From: Centroscyllium fabricii
Taxonomy: Eukaryota
NCBI GenBank assembly: GCA_051313645.2
Contig: JBNRSN020000065.1
Coordinates: 372,001 to 436,000, forward strand
Direction: 5' to 3'
Length of the DNA stretch: 64,000 nucleotides
Positions within the stretch are counted from its first letter, which is position 1, and every line of letters starts with the position of its first letter. Below the pieces are notes generated by a model. That model did no database searches and was not told where the DNA came from. It worked only from the letters and a program-made list of their open reading frames with translations. Below, in pieces: positions 62,524-64,000 of the stretch. The translations under genes were made by a program, and so were the position numbers.

Positions 62524-63281
62524 GGCCCAGAAATTGCAGTGGCGCCTTCGGCGTGTGCAGTACTTGCTTAACGCACTTTAATTGCCCATATTCAGTTTTG
62601 CTTTTTTGCAGAGAAATTCCCGTTAGCCCAGCCTGTCAGAGCTCCATGCGAGTTGCATGGGCATCTGAAGGACTTAATTAGTGCGAGGTGGCTTTTGAGA
62701 CCACGTGATTGGCAGGGAGCCAATCAGTGGAAGCAATTCTCCATTCAAAACTTCCACTGAGAAATCTGTGCGAGTTTTGAAAAGAGAGATTCCCAAAAGA
62801 CATCTAAAAACAAAAATAAAATTTTACAAACCACATTTTTTAAACATTACCCCAACTAACACAAATAACCTATTTTAAAGAAAAAATAAAAATTTGCAGC
62901 AAAGTTTTCAACTTCCAACATGTCTAAAAAAGTAGTTACCTGTCATTAAAGTTATCAACAATTAAAAACCTGAAAAAACAACAATTAAAATCAATAAAAT
63001 ACACACTTGCCAGATAAAAACGGGTGTTTACGACTCCTATTTTCCAGCGTTGAATTTTCTGCTCTTGGTCCGTAGAAAAACTTTAAAAAAATATCGGAAA
63101 GACTGGGTAATCCCGTAGTTCGCTGCTTCCTGCGCTGGACCTCGCAGGAAGCAGCGACTCCCCCGCCCCCCGCTGGGCGGCACAGGCAAACCCGAAGCGT
63201 GCGCTCCGGCTGCTTCCTGCGGGTTTAAGCTCTGGTGTGCTCGCACCAAACCCGATATGCGGTGACTGCAATTTCTGGGCC
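62524..63281. mobile_element. MITE copy 3
   Basis: Same inverted repeats and ATT duplication. Confidence 0.8.
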
Positions 63282-63461
63282 ATTGGCAAACACGTCGATT
63301 GCGATTGGTTGAACTGGAGAGAGGAAGCTTGTCCTTGCCTCTATTACTTGTTTCTATTCATGTTTTCCTCAATGATTTGAGAAATGCGGGTTTCGTCCTC
63401 AGAAAACAGCACGCTCCTGGTCTCGCCCATCACATATTAAACACAAACCTTAAAATAAATG

Positions 63462-63498
63462 ATGTATGTGTTACTGGGCCTACTGATCATGCTTCACC
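63462..63498 (+). pseudogene. Relic family-B leader (copy 3), donor GT changed to AT
   Basis: atgtatgtgttactgggcctactgatcatgcttcacc|ataagg. Confidence 0.72.
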
Positions 63499-64000
63499 AT
63501 AAGGCAGCTTTTTGAAAAATAATTAATGTTAATAACCTCCATTTATTTCCTAATTTTCCCTCACTCTTTCTTTCATTCTGTCTGTCTCTCTTTCTTTCTC
63601 TCTGTTTTCTGAGTGACGTGATAGAGATCTTTACAATTATGAAAGGGGTTCGATAGGTTCGAGCCAGAGCAAATATTTGCAATGTTGGATGAGCAGAACT
63701 TTTCTCCTGTTAATTATGGGAAGACCGAATTCATTTTTTTCGATCCATGCCACGAATTCCGTTCCCTAGTCGCTGACACCATCCGTCTCCCTATCCGCTG
63801 ACACCATCCGTCTCCCTAGCTTCGGTCTGAGGCTGAAACAGACTATAGGAAAACTTGATGTCACATTTGACCCTGAAATGAGCTTCCGACCACATATCCG
63901 TGTCATAACTAAGGACTCCTGTTTCCTAGTTTAATATCAAATGCCGAACAGGAGAGGAACACACAGCCCTGCACGGCCGCTCCGCCACTTAACTGGATTA

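Noticed and set aside
1-64000. Immunoglobulin cluster, IgNAR, NAR-TCR or germline-joined genes
   Set aside because: I found no D segments, J motifs (FGxG or WGxG) or constant exons between the V genes. The promoters carry CRE/ETS motifs and the V ends are Vbeta-like.

Overview
This is eukaryotic, repeat-rich DNA, most likely from a cartilaginous fish (shark-type CR1 LINEs, HE1/V-SINE and SacSINE/Deu-type SINEs). It is part of a germline T-cell receptor beta V-segment array. I read 16 same-strand V genes, each with a leader exon, a phase-1 intron, a V exon and a 3' RSS (15 with 23-bp spacers, one with 22). They fall into three families: family A ending 'CACS' (5 genes), a singleton ending 'CAASL' with a Cys pair around CDR2, and family B ending 'CAWS/CAWR' (10 genes) that closely resembles mammalian TRBV30. 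There are also four leader exons with no V exon. No D, J or C segments are visible. The array is built from nested tandem duplications of about 25.1 kb (sharp junction at 35160/35161) and about 16.7 kb, with signs of gene conversion or unequal crossover. The most unusual feature is a polarised 27-bp minisatellite of CCAAT, PBX-PREP decamer and GC-box motifs upstream of every family-B gene; it varies in copy number and also occurs as two large arrays with no gene attached. Co-oriented CTCF-like motifs lie downstream of nearly every V. Family and motif assignments come from my recognition of the sequence, not from database searches.
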